NCBI GenBank assembly: GCA_965248265.1
Contig: CBDFJF010000002.1
Coordinates: 384,001 to 448,000 of the forward strand
Source of the DNA: Candidatus Latescibacterota bacterium
GTDB taxonomy: Bacteria; Latescibacterota; UBA2968; UBA8231
Length of the DNA stretch: 64,000 nucleotides
Direction of reading: 5' to 3'
Of this stretch, positions 28,138-38,296 are shown one piece after another (position 1 is the first letter of the stretch; the number at the start of each line of letters is the position of its first letter). A program made the translations under genes and the position numbers. The notes beneath the pieces are model-generated. The model was not told the DNA's origin and did no database searches. It saw only the letters and a list, made by a program, of their open reading frames with translations.

Positions 28138-28926
28138 TTACGCGCCTTCGATGCTCGGATGCGTATCGAGAACAATCTGACGGCTGTGCCTGATGGCCTC
28201 GAGGGGGTCCGGCAGGTCGGGGCTCAATTCCAGGCTGACGGCGGAATCGTAGCCGATGCCTTCGAGGGCAGCAAAGGTCGAGTCGAGGAAATCCTGAGTC
28301 ATGACGCCATCCAGGAGGCTGAGGTGCAGGTCCCTTTCGCCGTCGTTGTCGTCGAGATGGACGTACCCCAGTCGATCTCCGGCAGAGGCGATCACACTGT
28401 CCGGATTTTCACTGGTCATAAGCAGATGGCCGATGTCGAGGAGGAGGTACAGGTTGGGATGAGCGATGTCGCGGACGAATCGCAGCGTGCCAGCCGCCGT
28501 CGGCAGGGCTCTGCCCGGGGCGTGCTCGATGCACAGGCGCATGCCGCGTTGGGCAGCCTGCTCAGCCAGGGTTTCCAGGGTCTGCGCGAAGCGCGCCAGG
28601 GCCTCCGTAGTGGTATCGAGATCGGGGATGAGGTAGGCGGTTTTGGCCTGCAGGTGAGCGGCGTGATCCAGGCCTCGGATGGCGTGGTCGATGGCGGAGG
28701 CGGAGATCTTCACACTGGCGCTGTCGAGGTTGATGCCCTCGGGTAAGGCGACTGAGGCAGCCACGCAGGACACGCTGAGACCTGTCTCGCGCAGGCTGTC
28801 GATGCCCTGTTGTCCGGCATGGGTGAAAGGTCGCACGTCGACCCAACGCAGACCCTCATCGCGCAGGGCAGCAAGGATTTCGTCTTCGGTCGCGGTCAGG
28901 GCCCAGGTGCAAGAGGATAGAATCAT
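28138..28926 (-). CDS. Sugar phosphate isomerase/epimerase (xylose-isomerase-like TIM barrel)
   Basis: Start at ATG 28926; CIEH, LDIGH, HLDDNDG, SLE. Confidence 0.8.
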   Translation of the reverse strand: MILSSCTWALTATEDEILAALRDEGLRWVDVRPFTHAGQQGIDSLRETGLSVSCVAASVALPEGINLDSASVKISASAIDHAIRGLDHAAHLQAKTAYLIPDLDTTTEALARFAQTLETLAEQAAQRGMRLCIEHAPGRALPTAAGTLRFVRDIAHPNLYLLLDIGHLLMTSENPDSVIASAGDRLGYVHLDDNDGERDLHLSLLDGVMTQDFLDSTFAALEGIGYDSAVSLELSPDLPDPLEAIRHSRQIVLDTHPSIEGA

Positions 28927-29159
28927 GAGCAGGGCGATCGCTCTCGCTGGTATGGTTGGGGTAAAGGATTGACCGCGCAGTTGGCTGCAAGCACAAGAGT
29001 AAGGAGCCTGTGGCAGGGGCGACAGCGTGGCCATCCGCCCCTCGCCCGTCTTTGTCATGGCGGAAAAATGTGCCGACTCTTTCTGGGTCTCTCTGGTGGA
29101 CGATGGCATATTTGCCGTGTTACCGGCTATTGTGCCGGGCGCCTGGCAGTCAGAGAGCG

Positions 29160-29175
29160 TGGTATGTTTTTTGCG
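29160..29175 (+). promoter_or_regulatory. Sigma54 (-24/-12) promoter
   Basis: TGGTATG-TTTT-TTGCG matches TGGYAYR-N4-TTGC, about 50 bp before the GT-C gene start. Confidence 0.6.
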
Positions 29176-29227
29176 CCACTACGGTAATGTGCGTTCAATT
29201 AATGATAGCGGAGTACTGGGAGGGACA

Positions 29228-31444
29228 GTGACCGGCGTCACAAAGATCGACGAAAGGCCAGTGACGAGACGACGGATTGACCTCCGTGTGCTTGGTGCTC
29301 TGGTCCTCATCCTTGTGTTGGCTGCGTACTTGCGCTGGCTTCCCATCAGCGATGGCAATCTCGATGGCATTATCTCGGGCGACGCGCGCGAGTATCAGAG
29401 CCTCGCCGAGTTCTTCGTCGACAGGGATAGCCAGCTTCCCCCTGACCGCTACCCTGGATACCCTTACCTGCTGGCCGGTCTATTCGCCGTCCTGCCCTTC
29501 GCCCACGACACGGTCCAGATCGCTACCAGCATGGTGCTGGGAGTTCTCGTCATCGCGTTGGTGTACGTCCTCGCCGCTCCCCTTGTTGGCCGCGGTCTCG
29601 GTGTGGGGGTTGCCACTCTGGCGGCAATCCAACCAGAGATGGTTGATAACGCGCACCGGGGCATGTCTGAGGAGCTGTTTCTCACGTGCCTGCTACTATT
29701 GCTGATACTGTTTCGCCGGATCTATCTGTCGACTTCGATCGGTTGGGGGGGTTACTCTATCCTCGGTCTATTGTGTGGGGCGGTGGCGCTGGTGAGGCCC
29801 GACGGAGCTTATGTCTTCGTACCCATTTTTCTGGGTTTTCTATGGCGTGAAAGGGCGCAAGGAATAGGCAGGCTGGTTCAGATATTACCCATCCTTGTGC
29901 TTCCCCTGGCGTTGCCGGTACTGAGCCGGATTTGGACGGAGTCCCTCGGCATTTACGACATGAACATGCGCCTGGGTCGCGTGATTCTGTGGATGGAGTT
30001 CATGCTCGGACGCATGCCGTACAGCTACACGTTCTACAAGGAAACGCACGTCAACGAGTGGCTCTGGGAATACCATTCCCTGGCCGAGTTGGTCATTCTC
30101 GGCATGAAGAGTTCGATCCGCAATCTACTGGCACTCGGTGAAGCGATCTGGGGTCAAGTGGCTTTGCTGCTAGCCATGGTCGGCGCCGCGACCTATGTGC
30201 GCGAACACAGAGACTGGGCACTGCCCCTGGCGGTACCGTTGGTGGTGTTGCCGCAGTGGGGAATCGTCACCCTGTGGATGGAGGCGGACGTGGAGCGTTA
30301 CAGCATCCGAGCCGTGCCGATGTTACTGATCCTGCTTGCCCTTGGGGCGCGGCAGGCTGCCACGTGGACTCGCGTCCGGTTTTCCCTCGATGGGGTGGTG
30401 ATACGCTGGCTCCCGGCCGGGTTCGCTCTACTCTCCCTGGCACCCGCCCTGCTGCCTTTCTCTCTTTACGCGAGTGTGCGCCCGAACGTTTACGCTCTCA
30501 TCACCGAGCGTGAAGAATACCTGCCAAAATCGAAGAAGATCCATCCCCAACTGGTGGCGACCTGGCAGGAGTTCGTCAAGGGTCGCATGCCGATTCAAGA
30601 AGCGGAAGAGAAGGCGATGCGGTTGCTCGCTCGCCATGATGCCTACGCCCCGACTCATTTCGTGTTGGCAATTCTCTCCCTGACTCAAGGGCAGCGCGCC
30701 GAAGCGATCGAGAGTCTGGAGCGTGCCGTGGAAATCGTCCCTTTCTTCGCCGAAGCGGCTGTGATGCTCGCCGAGCTCTACGCCATAGAGCAGCGCTGTG
30801 AGGAGGCCCTGGCGCTATTGGAACAGACTGCCGTCCTGCGGTCGGATTATCCGCTGGTCGAGCTGATGCGAGGTCACCTGAACATCATGACTGGCGACAT
30901 GCAGAGCGCGCGGACAGCGTACATGGAATATCTGCGTCTCAACCGACACCAACACGAGCGCACGTTCGTGCGGCATGAACGAATCATGAAGCGCAAGGGT
31001 GTGGACACGACGAAGCTTCATCAAATACGTGCAGCCCTACAGGCAGACGCCTCCGGCCTGACGAGTCCACTGCTATGGGATTACCTGAGCCTCGATCTGG
31101 ACGGCATCAAGATGGCGCCGCCGGCGGACCAGACACTCTATCTCAACTTGGGGGTGTGTGACTTGCTAGCTGGCGATGTGAATGCGGCGCGGCAACACTG
31201 GATGGCGATGACACGCCTGATGCCCACCCACGCTCACGCCTGGGCAAATCTCGGGACTCTGCTGGCCGTAGGTGGACACCACGAGCAGGCGCGGACCAGC
31301 TGGGCGCAGGCGCTCTCGCTGGCGCCGGAAAACGCCATAGCCCGCGATGGGCTGCGGCAGCTCGAGACGGCAACCTTCAGCGCCGAGACGGCGCGTTACG
31401 AACCCATTCGGGTGGTCTTACCCTTGACCGGGGCGCATTTGTAG
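29228..31444 (+). CDS. GT-C fold (ArnT/PMT-like) membrane glycosyltransferase fused to C-terminal TPRs
   Basis: Many TM helices; DAREY, RYPGYP, SEELF, LVRPD; C-terminal TPRs (AIESLERAVEIVP, AWANLGTLL). Confidence 0.78.
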   Translation: MTGVTKIDERPVTRRRIDLRVLGALVLILVLAAYLRWLPISDGNLDGIISGDAREYQSLAEFFVDRDSQLPPDRYPGYPYLLAGLFAVLPFAHDTVQIATSMVLGVLVIALVYVLAAPLVGRGLGVGVATLAAIQPEMVDNAHRGMSEELFLTCLLLLLILFRRIYLSTSIGWGGYSILGLLCGAVALVRPDGAYVFVPIFLGFLWRERAQGIGRLVQILPILVLPLALPVLSRIWTESLGIYDMNMRLGRVILWMEFMLGRMPYSYTFYKETHVNEWLWEYHSLAELVILGMKSSIRNLLALGEAIWGQVALLLAMVGAATYVREHRDWALPLAVPLVVLPQWGIVTLWMEADVERYSIRAVPMLLILLALGARQAATWTRVRFSLDGVVIRWLPAGFALLSLAPALLPFSLYASVRPNVYALITEREEYLPKSKKIHPQLVATWQEFVKGRMPIQEAEEKAMRLLARHDAYAPTHFVLAILSLTQGQRAEAIESLERAVEIVPFFAEAAVMLAELYAIEQRCEEALALLEQTAVLRSDYPLVELMRGHLNIMTGDMQSARTAYMEYLRLNRHQHERTFVRHERIMKRKGVDTTKLHQIRAALQADASGLTSPLLWDYLSLDLDGIKMAPPADQTLYLNLGVCDLLAGDVNAARQHWMAMTRLMPTHAHAWANLGTLLAVGGHHEQARTSWAQALSLAPENAIARDGLRQLETATFSAETARYEPIRVVLPLTGAHL

Positions 31445-31552
31445 GTGGTAAGCGGTCGCTGGGGATTCGTCACTATCTTAGAATGCGATTTTTGCCTGAC
31501 TGAGAGGGTCAGGTGATGCGATTCGCGTTAGCATCGGCTTGAGGATCTGGCA

Positions 31553-32656
31553 ATGAACAAGGCATTCGCCTCGTATCAAGGGAAGCGAGTACTGATCACC
31601 GGCCATACCGGCTTCAAGGGAAGTTGGTTGACGATCTGGCTCAAGATGCTGGGAGCGGAAGTAGCGGGGTTGTCCCTCGTTCCTGAAGAACCGGAGCGCT
31701 GTTTGTTCAATGCGGCGGGAGTGGCCGACGGCATGGAATCTGTCGTCGGAGATGTTCGGGACATCACCGTTGTCGAGAAAGTGTTCGAAGCACACAAGCC
31801 CGAGATCGTCTTTCACCTCGCTGCCCAAGCCTTCGTGAGGCGCTCCTACGATGATCCCGTTGACACCTATACGACGAACGTAATCGGAACCGTGAATGTT
31901 CTGGAGATGTCGCGTCGCTGCCAGTCAGTCCAAGCTCTGGTGAACGTGACCACGGACAAGTGCTACGAAAACAAGGAGTGGGATCGGGGCTATCGTGAGA
32001 TGGATCGTCTCGGTGGCCGTGACGTCTATAGCAGCAGCAAGGCCTGTTCGGAGTTAGTCACGGCGGCCTATCGAACATCGTTTCTCAACGGGGCCAAAGA
32101 TGGCGCGGCCGTGGCTTCTGCACGGGCGGGAAACGTGATCGGCGGCGGCGATTGGTCCCCGGATCGGCTCGTGCCCGACACCATTCGATCCCTGTTGCGG
32201 GGAGAAGCGGTAGTCTTGCGCTACCCAGCCGCGGTGCGACCCTGGCAGCATGTTCTGGAACCCCTGTCGGGCTATCTCCTGCTTGGAAGCCTCCTGATGC
32301 AAGAGACAGAGCAGGGAGCCGCGAGCGAGACCAGTGTCGCGGAGGCGTGGAATTTTGGCCCCGATTCGGTGGATTCGATTACCGTCGAGGAACTCACTCA
32401 ACGCCTGATTGAGCTGTGGGGTGAGGGATCGGTGATGGCGAAGCCAGACGAGAGCGCATGTCACGAGGCCGGCCAGCTGAGGCTGGACTGCTCCAAGGCC
32501 AGGGAACGGCTTGGTTGGTATCCCCTCACGGACGTCGCAGAAGCTCTTACCCTGACCGTCGACTGGTATCGCAAGCAATCAGAGAATGAAACAGTGGCTC
32601 GCGAACTGACAGAGCAACAGATACGAGACTATGTGGCTAGGAGGGCTGTGCAGTGA
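31553..32656 (+). CDS. rfbG: CDP-glucose 4,6-dehydratase
   Basis: GHTGFKGSW, TTDKCY, YSSSK, RAGNVIGGGDW, RPWQHVLEPL. Confidence 0.96.
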   Translation: MNKAFASYQGKRVLITGHTGFKGSWLTIWLKMLGAEVAGLSLVPEEPERCLFNAAGVADGMESVVGDVRDITVVEKVFEAHKPEIVFHLAAQAFVRRSYDDPVDTYTTNVIGTVNVLEMSRRCQSVQALVNVTTDKCYENKEWDRGYREMDRLGGRDVYSSSKACSELVTAAYRTSFLNGAKDGAAVASARAGNVIGGGDWSPDRLVPDTIRSLLRGEAVVLRYPAAVRPWQHVLEPLSGYLLLGSLLMQETEQGAASETSVAEAWNFGPDSVDSITVEELTQRLIELWGEGSVMAKPDESACHEAGQLRLDCSKARERLGWYPLTDVAEALTLTVDWYRKQSENETVARELTEQQIRDYVARRAVQ

Positions 32657-33594
32657 GATTTGACGGCCCCGTCGTTGTCACCGGTGCAAGCGGATTCATC
32701 GGCGGTGCCTTAGCTATGAGGCTTCTTGATGAGCAAGCGGATGTTTACTGTTTGCTGCGCCCAACGGGATTGGGGTCGGCGCGCGCGCGCGGAATACCGG
32801 CCGACAGGATGATCGAGCTGTCGACGTTCGAACACTCGGACCTTGCTCCCGTCATGGAATCTCTGCAGCCGGCCTACGTCCTGCATCTGGCAGCCAGTGG
32901 CGTCGATCCCCGATGCCTCGATCCCGAGGTCATTCTCGCAGGCAATGTGGATCTGGTGACCCAACTGCTGCTCGCCGTCCGTGCCTGTCCCGTCAAAAGG
33001 TTCATTCACACGGGCAGCTGCTTTGAGTACGCGATGCAGGCCTGTCCGGAGCGCCTGACAGAAGAGAGTCCGATCGCCCCTGAGACGCTATACGGAGCAG
33101 CCAAAGCAGCGTCTGTCCTGTGCGGCAACGCGCTCGCCAGGCAACTCGACAGTCCCTTCACCACCCTGCGCCTTTTCGGTGTTTTTGGTCCTGGAGAAGC
33201 GCCGGAGCGTTTGCTTCCCTACTTGATCGACCATCTTGTGGGTGGTCGCTCGGTGGATCTTACAGAAGGAGAACAGATCCGTGATCTGCTCTATGTCGAT
33301 GATGTCGTAGAGGCGTACCTGGCGTCAGTGGTCAGTCCTGATCTTGTCCCTTACCGGGTCTACAATGTCTGCTCAGGACGTGGCACGCGGGTCAAAGACC
33401 TGGCCCTGGCCGTAGCCCGATCCCTGGACAGGCCCCCGGCCCTGCTGGGCTTCGGAAAACGTCCTTACCGTGCAGAGGAATGCATGCGAATTCTCGGAGA
33501 CAACGCACGCTTCCTTCGAGACACGCAGTGGAAACCACGGACCAGCTTGCAAGATGGGATCAGTCGAACGATTGAAGCGGAGATGGCAAAGTGA
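32653..33594 (+). CDS. NAD-dependent epimerase/reductase (CDP-dideoxyhexose 4-reductase-like)
   Basis: GASGFIG, GSCFEY, YGAAK, RDLLYVDDV; located in the rfb cluster. Confidence 0.8.
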   Translation: MRFDGPVVVTGASGFIGGALAMRLLDEQADVYCLLRPTGLGSARARGIPADRMIELSTFEHSDLAPVMESLQPAYVLHLAASGVDPRCLDPEVILAGNVDLVTQLLLAVRACPVKRFIHTGSCFEYAMQACPERLTEESPIAPETLYGAAKAASVLCGNALARQLDSPFTTLRLFGVFGPGEAPERLLPYLIDHLVGGRSVDLTEGEQIRDLLYVDDVVEAYLASVVSPDLVPYRVYNVCSGRGTRVKDLALAVARSLDRPPALLGFGKRPYRAEECMRILGDNARFLRDTQWKPRTSLQDGISRTIEAEMAK

Positions 33595-34592
33595 CCACGA
33601 CGAGACCACTCATCTCGCTGGTAATCCCGGTGTACAACGAGGAAGACAGCGTCGAAACCGCTTACCACGCCTTGTGTGAGGTAATGCAGAAGATCGAGTC
33701 GCGATACGACTACGAGTTTGTCTTCACCGACAATCACAGTTCCGATCGCACCTTCGAGATTCTCAGACGATTGGCTGAACAAGATGTGCGAATACGCGTA
33801 TTCCGCTTCTCGCGCAATTTCGGCTATCAGCGCTCCATCAAGACAGGGTTCTTGAAAGCACGTGGCGCGGTGGCCATCCAGATAGACTGCGACCTGCAGG
33901 ACCCTCCGGAAATGATTCCCGATTTCATTCGCCACTGGGAGGAGGGCTGTCACGTCGTGTACGGCGTTCGCGAAAGCCGCAAGGAGTCGCTGGTCATTAC
34001 CTCTATTCGGCGAATTTTCTATCGGCTCATCAACTCGCTCAGCGATGACGAACTGCCTCCCGACGCGGGAGACTTTCGACTGATTGACCGGCGCATTCTG
34101 GAGGAGTTATCCAGAATCGATGACTCCCAGCCCTACCTGCGTGGCGCTATCGCGGCTATGGGTTTCCGGCAAAAAGGCATTCCCTACGAACGACATGCCA
34201 GGACACGGGGGGTCAGTAAGTTCTCCTTTTGGGATCTTGTCCGTCTGGGTCTGGACGGTGTCCTGAACCATTCCATCGTGCCGCTGCGCATCGCCTCCCT
34301 ATGCGGCGTCATCGTCACGGCGATTGTCTTCCTGGCGGCCGCTGGTTACATCGGAGGGCGAGTTCTGTTCGGCACCAACTGGCCGGCTGGATTCGCCACC
34401 CTCGCAGTGCTGACGCTAGCGGGCATCAGCCTGAACGCTTTCTTTCTTGGCATAATCGGCGAGTACCTGGGCAGGATTTATTTGCAGGTCAGAGCGCGTC
34501 CATTGACGATAATAGAACAAACGATTGAACCGCAGTTTCAAACCCAAGAGTGCAGTCAAAAAGAAAATGTGGCCAGAGAGGTTAGTCCATGA
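33591..34592 (+). CDS. GT2 GtrB/ArnC-like polyprenol-phosphate glycosyltransferase
   Basis: PVYNEE, SRNFG, DCDLQDPP, GDFRLIDR, two C-terminal TMs, GIIGEY. Confidence 0.9.
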   Translation: MTTTRPLISLVIPVYNEEDSVETAYHALCEVMQKIESRYDYEFVFTDNHSSDRTFEILRRLAEQDVRIRVFRFSRNFGYQRSIKTGFLKARGAVAIQIDCDLQDPPEMIPDFIRHWEEGCHVVYGVRESRKESLVITSIRRIFYRLINSLSDDELPPDAGDFRLIDRRILEELSRIDDSQPYLRGAIAAMGFRQKGIPYERHARTRGVSKFSFWDLVRLGLDGVLNHSIVPLRIASLCGVIVTAIVFLAAAGYIGGRVLFGTNWPAGFATLAVLTLAGISLNAFFLGIIGEYLGRIYLQVRARPLTIIEQTIEPQFQTQECSQKENVAREVSP

Positions 34593-36106
34593 AAATCGCC
34601 CTGGTACGAGTTCCCACGATCATCGACGCTTCCGCGTCCACGGCGCCGGTGTGTCCACCTATCGGTATGGCGTACCTCCATACGATCTGCCTCAAACACA
34701 CATCTGACGTCAAGGTCATCGATTCCATCGGCAACTACCCTGGCACCAGAGCGGTCACGGGAGCCCATCATGATTTTCATCTGTTGGGACAGAAGAAGGA
34801 TGAGATCGCTGGAGAGATCGAGCCGGATACAGATATCGTCCTGGTCTCAGTCATGTTTTCTCAGGATTGGCCCTACACCAAAGAGCTGCTCACGGAGATA
34901 CGCAATCGGGTTCCCGCAGCCAAGGTGGTCGCTGGCGGCGAGCACGTCACCGGTGTTCCCGAATTCAGCCTCAGAAGCGCGCCCGAAATCGATCTCATCG
35001 TCCTGGGTGAAGGAGAGGACTGTCTCGACAGTATTCTCAGTTTCTACAGCGAATCGGGAGAGCTCCCCCGAGACGAGCCAGGTACCGCTTTCATGGTGGA
35101 TGGGGAGTTCGTCGGTCAATTGAGAAGGCCAAGGATCAAGGAACTCGATGCGATCGAGCGCCCGACCTGGGAGGGATTTCCCCTGGCGAATTACCTCGAC
35201 AACGGCCATGGATTTGGAGCCACCGGTGGCGGCCGCTCCATGCCCATCCTGGCCTCGCGCGGGTGTCCGTATCAGTGCACCTTTTGCTCAAACCCACTGA
35301 TGTGGACGACGGCATGGAAATGCCGGGATCCGCAGGATGTAGTCGATGAAATGGAAGGGTATATTCGAGACTATCAAGTCGACAACTTTGATTTCTACGA
35401 CCTCACAGCGATCGTCCGCAAGGATTGGATCGTCGATTTCACCAAGCTGCTGATCGAGAGAGATCTCGGAATTACCTGGCAGTTGCCCAGCGGTACTCGG
35501 TCAGAAGCCATCGACGGCGAGGTGGCACCACTGCTATACGAGTCGGGGTGCAGGAATCTTTCCTATGCTCCCGAATCGGGCTCCCCGGAAGTTCTGAAGA
35601 TGATCAAGAAGAAGGTCGACCTGGACCGGATGCTGGAGTCCATGAAGTGCTGTTCGACAAACAGAATGTCCGTCAAGGTCAACCTTATCAGCGGCTTTCC
35701 CAAAGAGAAACTTCAGCATCTCCCCGCGACCTTGAAATTCATCTGCAAGATGGCCTGGGTGGGATGCGATGACATGTCAATCAACCAGTTCTCTCCGTAC
35801 CCGGGCAGCGAACTGTTTGACGACCTTGTCGAGGCCGAGCGAGTGTTCCTGGACGAAGAATACTTTCGAGCACTTTCATTCTACAGTTCGATGACGAACG
35901 CCCAATCGTTCAGTGAGGGTCTTTCGAGCAAACAGATACTCGCATACAAATTCTTCGGAACAGCTCTTTTCTACTTCCTCAACTTTCTCTTCCATCCCTC
36001 CAGGGTGTTTCGAACGATCATTAACGTGTGGAAGAAAAACGATACTACACGATTGGAAAAAGCCCTCATCGCCTATCTCGCGCGGGGCAAATACGCCACA
36101 AACTGA
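34589..36106 (+). CDS. Cobalamin-binding radical SAM enzyme (class B methyltransferase-like)
   Basis: PIGMAYL, GGEH, GEGE, SRGCPYQCTFC, ESGS, PYPGSEL. Confidence 0.9.
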   Translation: MKIALVRVPTIIDASASTAPVCPPIGMAYLHTICLKHTSDVKVIDSIGNYPGTRAVTGAHHDFHLLGQKKDEIAGEIEPDTDIVLVSVMFSQDWPYTKELLTEIRNRVPAAKVVAGGEHVTGVPEFSLRSAPEIDLIVLGEGEDCLDSILSFYSESGELPRDEPGTAFMVDGEFVGQLRRPRIKELDAIERPTWEGFPLANYLDNGHGFGATGGGRSMPILASRGCPYQCTFCSNPLMWTTAWKCRDPQDVVDEMEGYIRDYQVDNFDFYDLTAIVRKDWIVDFTKLLIERDLGITWQLPSGTRSEAIDGEVAPLLYESGCRNLSYAPESGSPEVLKMIKKKVDLDRMLESMKCCSTNRMSVKVNLISGFPKEKLQHLPATLKFICKMAWVGCDDMSINQFSPYPGSELFDDLVEAERVFLDEEYFRALSFYSSMTNAQSFSEGLSSKQILAYKFFGTALFYFLNFLFHPSRVFRTIINVWKKNDTTRLEKALIAYLARGKYATN

Positions 36107-36196
36107 CCCCTGTGGATGGGTGCCTGTGAGCGGGCATCTGGCACCCGGCACTCGCGCACGGAAACATTCCCGCGACTCAGGCTCACGGAAAAGAAT

Positions 36197-36976
36197 ATGA
36201 AATCAGTCATTCTAGCAGGCGGTTATGGCACGCGCTTGTCAGAGGAGACCACGTCGATTCCCAAGCCGATGGTTGAGATCGGCGGTTGGCCGATACTCTG
36301 GCATATCATGAGCATTTTCGCCACCTACGGACACAAGGAATTCATCGTTGCATGTGGCTACAAGCAGGGGATCATCAAGGAGTTTTTCCACCATCTCTAT
36401 CTTCATCGCAGCGATATGGTAATAGATCTGCGGACCAACTCGAGCGAGACAACGGACGCTCGTAGCCCGGACTGGCGTGTCGGTTTATTCGACACGGGTC
36501 TGGATACAAAGACAGGTGGCCGGATCCTCCGATTGAAGGAGCACCTGGACCAGGAAACCTTCATGGTCACCTACGGCGACGGATTGAGCGATATCGACAT
36601 ATCGAAGCTCGTCACGTTCCATCGTGGCCACGGGAAAATCGCTACGCTGACAGCCGTCCGCCCGCCCGCTCGCTTCGGCGCCTTGTACCTGGATGGCGAT
36701 CAGGTCGCCGGTTTTTCCGAGAAGGCGCAAGCAAACGAAGGCTGGATCAACGGTGGTTTCATGGTTCTGGAGCCGGCCGTGTTCGACTATCTGACGGGGG
36801 ACTCCTGTGTCCTGGAGCGCGATCCCCTTGAACAGTTGGCAACCGATGGGCAACTCATGGCATACCAGCACGGCGACTTCTGGCAGCCGATGGATACGCT
36901 TCGCGACAAGCATCTACTGGAGGAGCTTTGGGAATCTGGCATGGCGCCCTGGAAGGCTGTGGAAGGGAGATACTGA
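36197..36976 (+). CDS. rfbF: Glucose-1-phosphate cytidylyltransferase
   Basis: LAGGYGTRLSEET, PKPMVEIG, TYGDG, INGGF, FWQPMDTLRDK. Confidence 0.96.
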   Translation: MKSVILAGGYGTRLSEETTSIPKPMVEIGGWPILWHIMSIFATYGHKEFIVACGYKQGIIKEFFHHLYLHRSDMVIDLRTNSSETTDARSPDWRVGLFDTGLDTKTGGRILRLKEHLDQETFMVTYGDGLSDIDISKLVTFHRGHGKIATLTAVRPPARFGALYLDGDQVAGFSEKAQANEGWINGGFMVLEPAVFDYLTGDSCVLERDPLEQLATDGQLMAYQHGDFWQPMDTLRDKHLLEELWESGMAPWKAVEGRY

Positions 36977-38296
36977 ATGGACGTTCTGGAACAGAAGCGA
37001 CGGGAGATCGCAGAGCTTGTCAGGGCGTATCATTCCGCCGCGTTTCCGAGCACTGAGTTTGTGCCGGGAGAAACGCCGGTTCGTTATGCAGGTCGAGTGT
37101 TTGACCGCGAGGAATTGACCCATGCCGTTGATGCGGTCCTGGACTTCTGGCTAACCGCTGGTCGTTTCTCCGAAAGCTTCGAAGCCGATCTGGCGAATCT
37201 ACTGGATATCGACACCGCCCTTCTGGTGAACTCGGGTTCTTCCGCCAATCTCGTAGCTGTATCCTCCCTCACATCTGCTTCCCTCGGCGCCCGCCGGATC
37301 TGCCCCGGGGATGAAGTGATCACGGTAGCGGCAGGATTTCCGACTACGGTCAATCCAATTGTACAGAACGGGGCGACTCCCGTATTCGTGGACGTCGAAT
37401 TGGGCACTTATGTACCCACCTTCGAAGCGATCTCGGCAGCCGTAACTGCCCGCACCAAGGCCGTGATACTTGCCCATACGATGGGCGTGCCCTTCGAAGT
37501 GTCCGCCGTGAGCGAGTTTTGCCGCGAGCGTGGCATCTGGCTCATCGAAGATTGTTGCGATGCGCTTGGCGGCAAGGCTGATGGGCAATACCTGGGTACG
37601 TTCGGAGACATCGCGACGATATCGTTCTACCCCGCGCACCAGATAACGATGGGAGAGGGTGGGGCCGTTCTGACCAATGACGATCAGCTTGCCCGCATCG
37701 CCAGTTCGTTCCGCGACTGGGGGCGCGACTGCTACTGCAGTGGGGGAGAGAGCAATACCTGCGGCATGCGATTCAGCCAGCAGTTTGGCACGCTGCCCCC
37801 GGGTTACGACCACAAGTACGTGTATTCGCACATCGGCTATAACTTGAAAGTGACCGATATCCAGGCGGCTATCGGGTGCGCTCAACTGAAGAAACTCCCT
37901 GACTTCGTCGCCACTCGACGTCGCAACTGGACGGCGATGGGAGAGGCTATAGCGCCCTTCTCCAACCACCTGATTCTGCCCACAACGCCGGCGCGGAGCG
38001 AGCCGTGTTATTTCGGCTATGTCATCACCGTGGCTGATAACGCCCCGTTCACACGCAACCAGCTGACTGCGTGTCTCGAAGATGCGAGGATCGAGACGCG
38101 GAATCTCTTTTGCGGCAACATCACTCGCCAACCCGCCTATACCGAGGTAGAGTACCGGGTCGAAGGGAAACTGGAGAACACGGACAGGGTAATGAACAAC
38201 ACATTCTTCATCGGTGTGTATCCCGGAATCGGGGATTCGCAGATCCAGTACACCGCCAGTGTTTTTGAGAAGTTCATGGGAGAGCATGCCAGCTGA
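36977..38296 (+). CDS. rfbH: CDP-4-keto-6-deoxyglucose 3-dehydrase (E1)
   Basis: VNSGSSANL, EDCCDALG, SFYPAHQITMGEGG (His in place of Lys), RDWGRDCYC, YDHKY. Confidence 0.95.
   Translation: MDVLEQKRREIAELVRAYHSAAFPSTEFVPGETPVRYAGRVFDREELTHAVDAVLDFWLTAGRFSESFEADLANLLDIDTALLVNSGSSANLVAVSSLTSASLGARRICPGDEVITVAAGFPTTVNPIVQNGATPVFVDVELGTYVPTFEAISAAVTARTKAVILAHTMGVPFEVSAVSEFCRERGIWLIEDCCDALGGKADGQYLGTFGDIATISFYPAHQITMGEGGAVLTNDDQLARIASSFRDWGRDCYCSGGESNTCGMRFSQQFGTLPPGYDHKYVYSHIGYNLKVTDIQAAIGCAQLKKLPDFVATRRRNWTAMGEAIAPFSNHLILPTTPARSEPCYFGYVITVADNAPFTRNQLTACLEDARIETRNLFCGNITRQPAYTEVEYRVEGKLENTDRVMNNTFFIGVYPGIGDSQIQYTASVFEKFMGEHAS

Noticed and set aside
28927-29227. Overlapping upstream extensions of ORFs 28138..29109 and 29027..31444
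   Set aside because: The region is better explained as a divergent promoter gap with a sigma54-type site; starts at 28926 and 29228 fit better.
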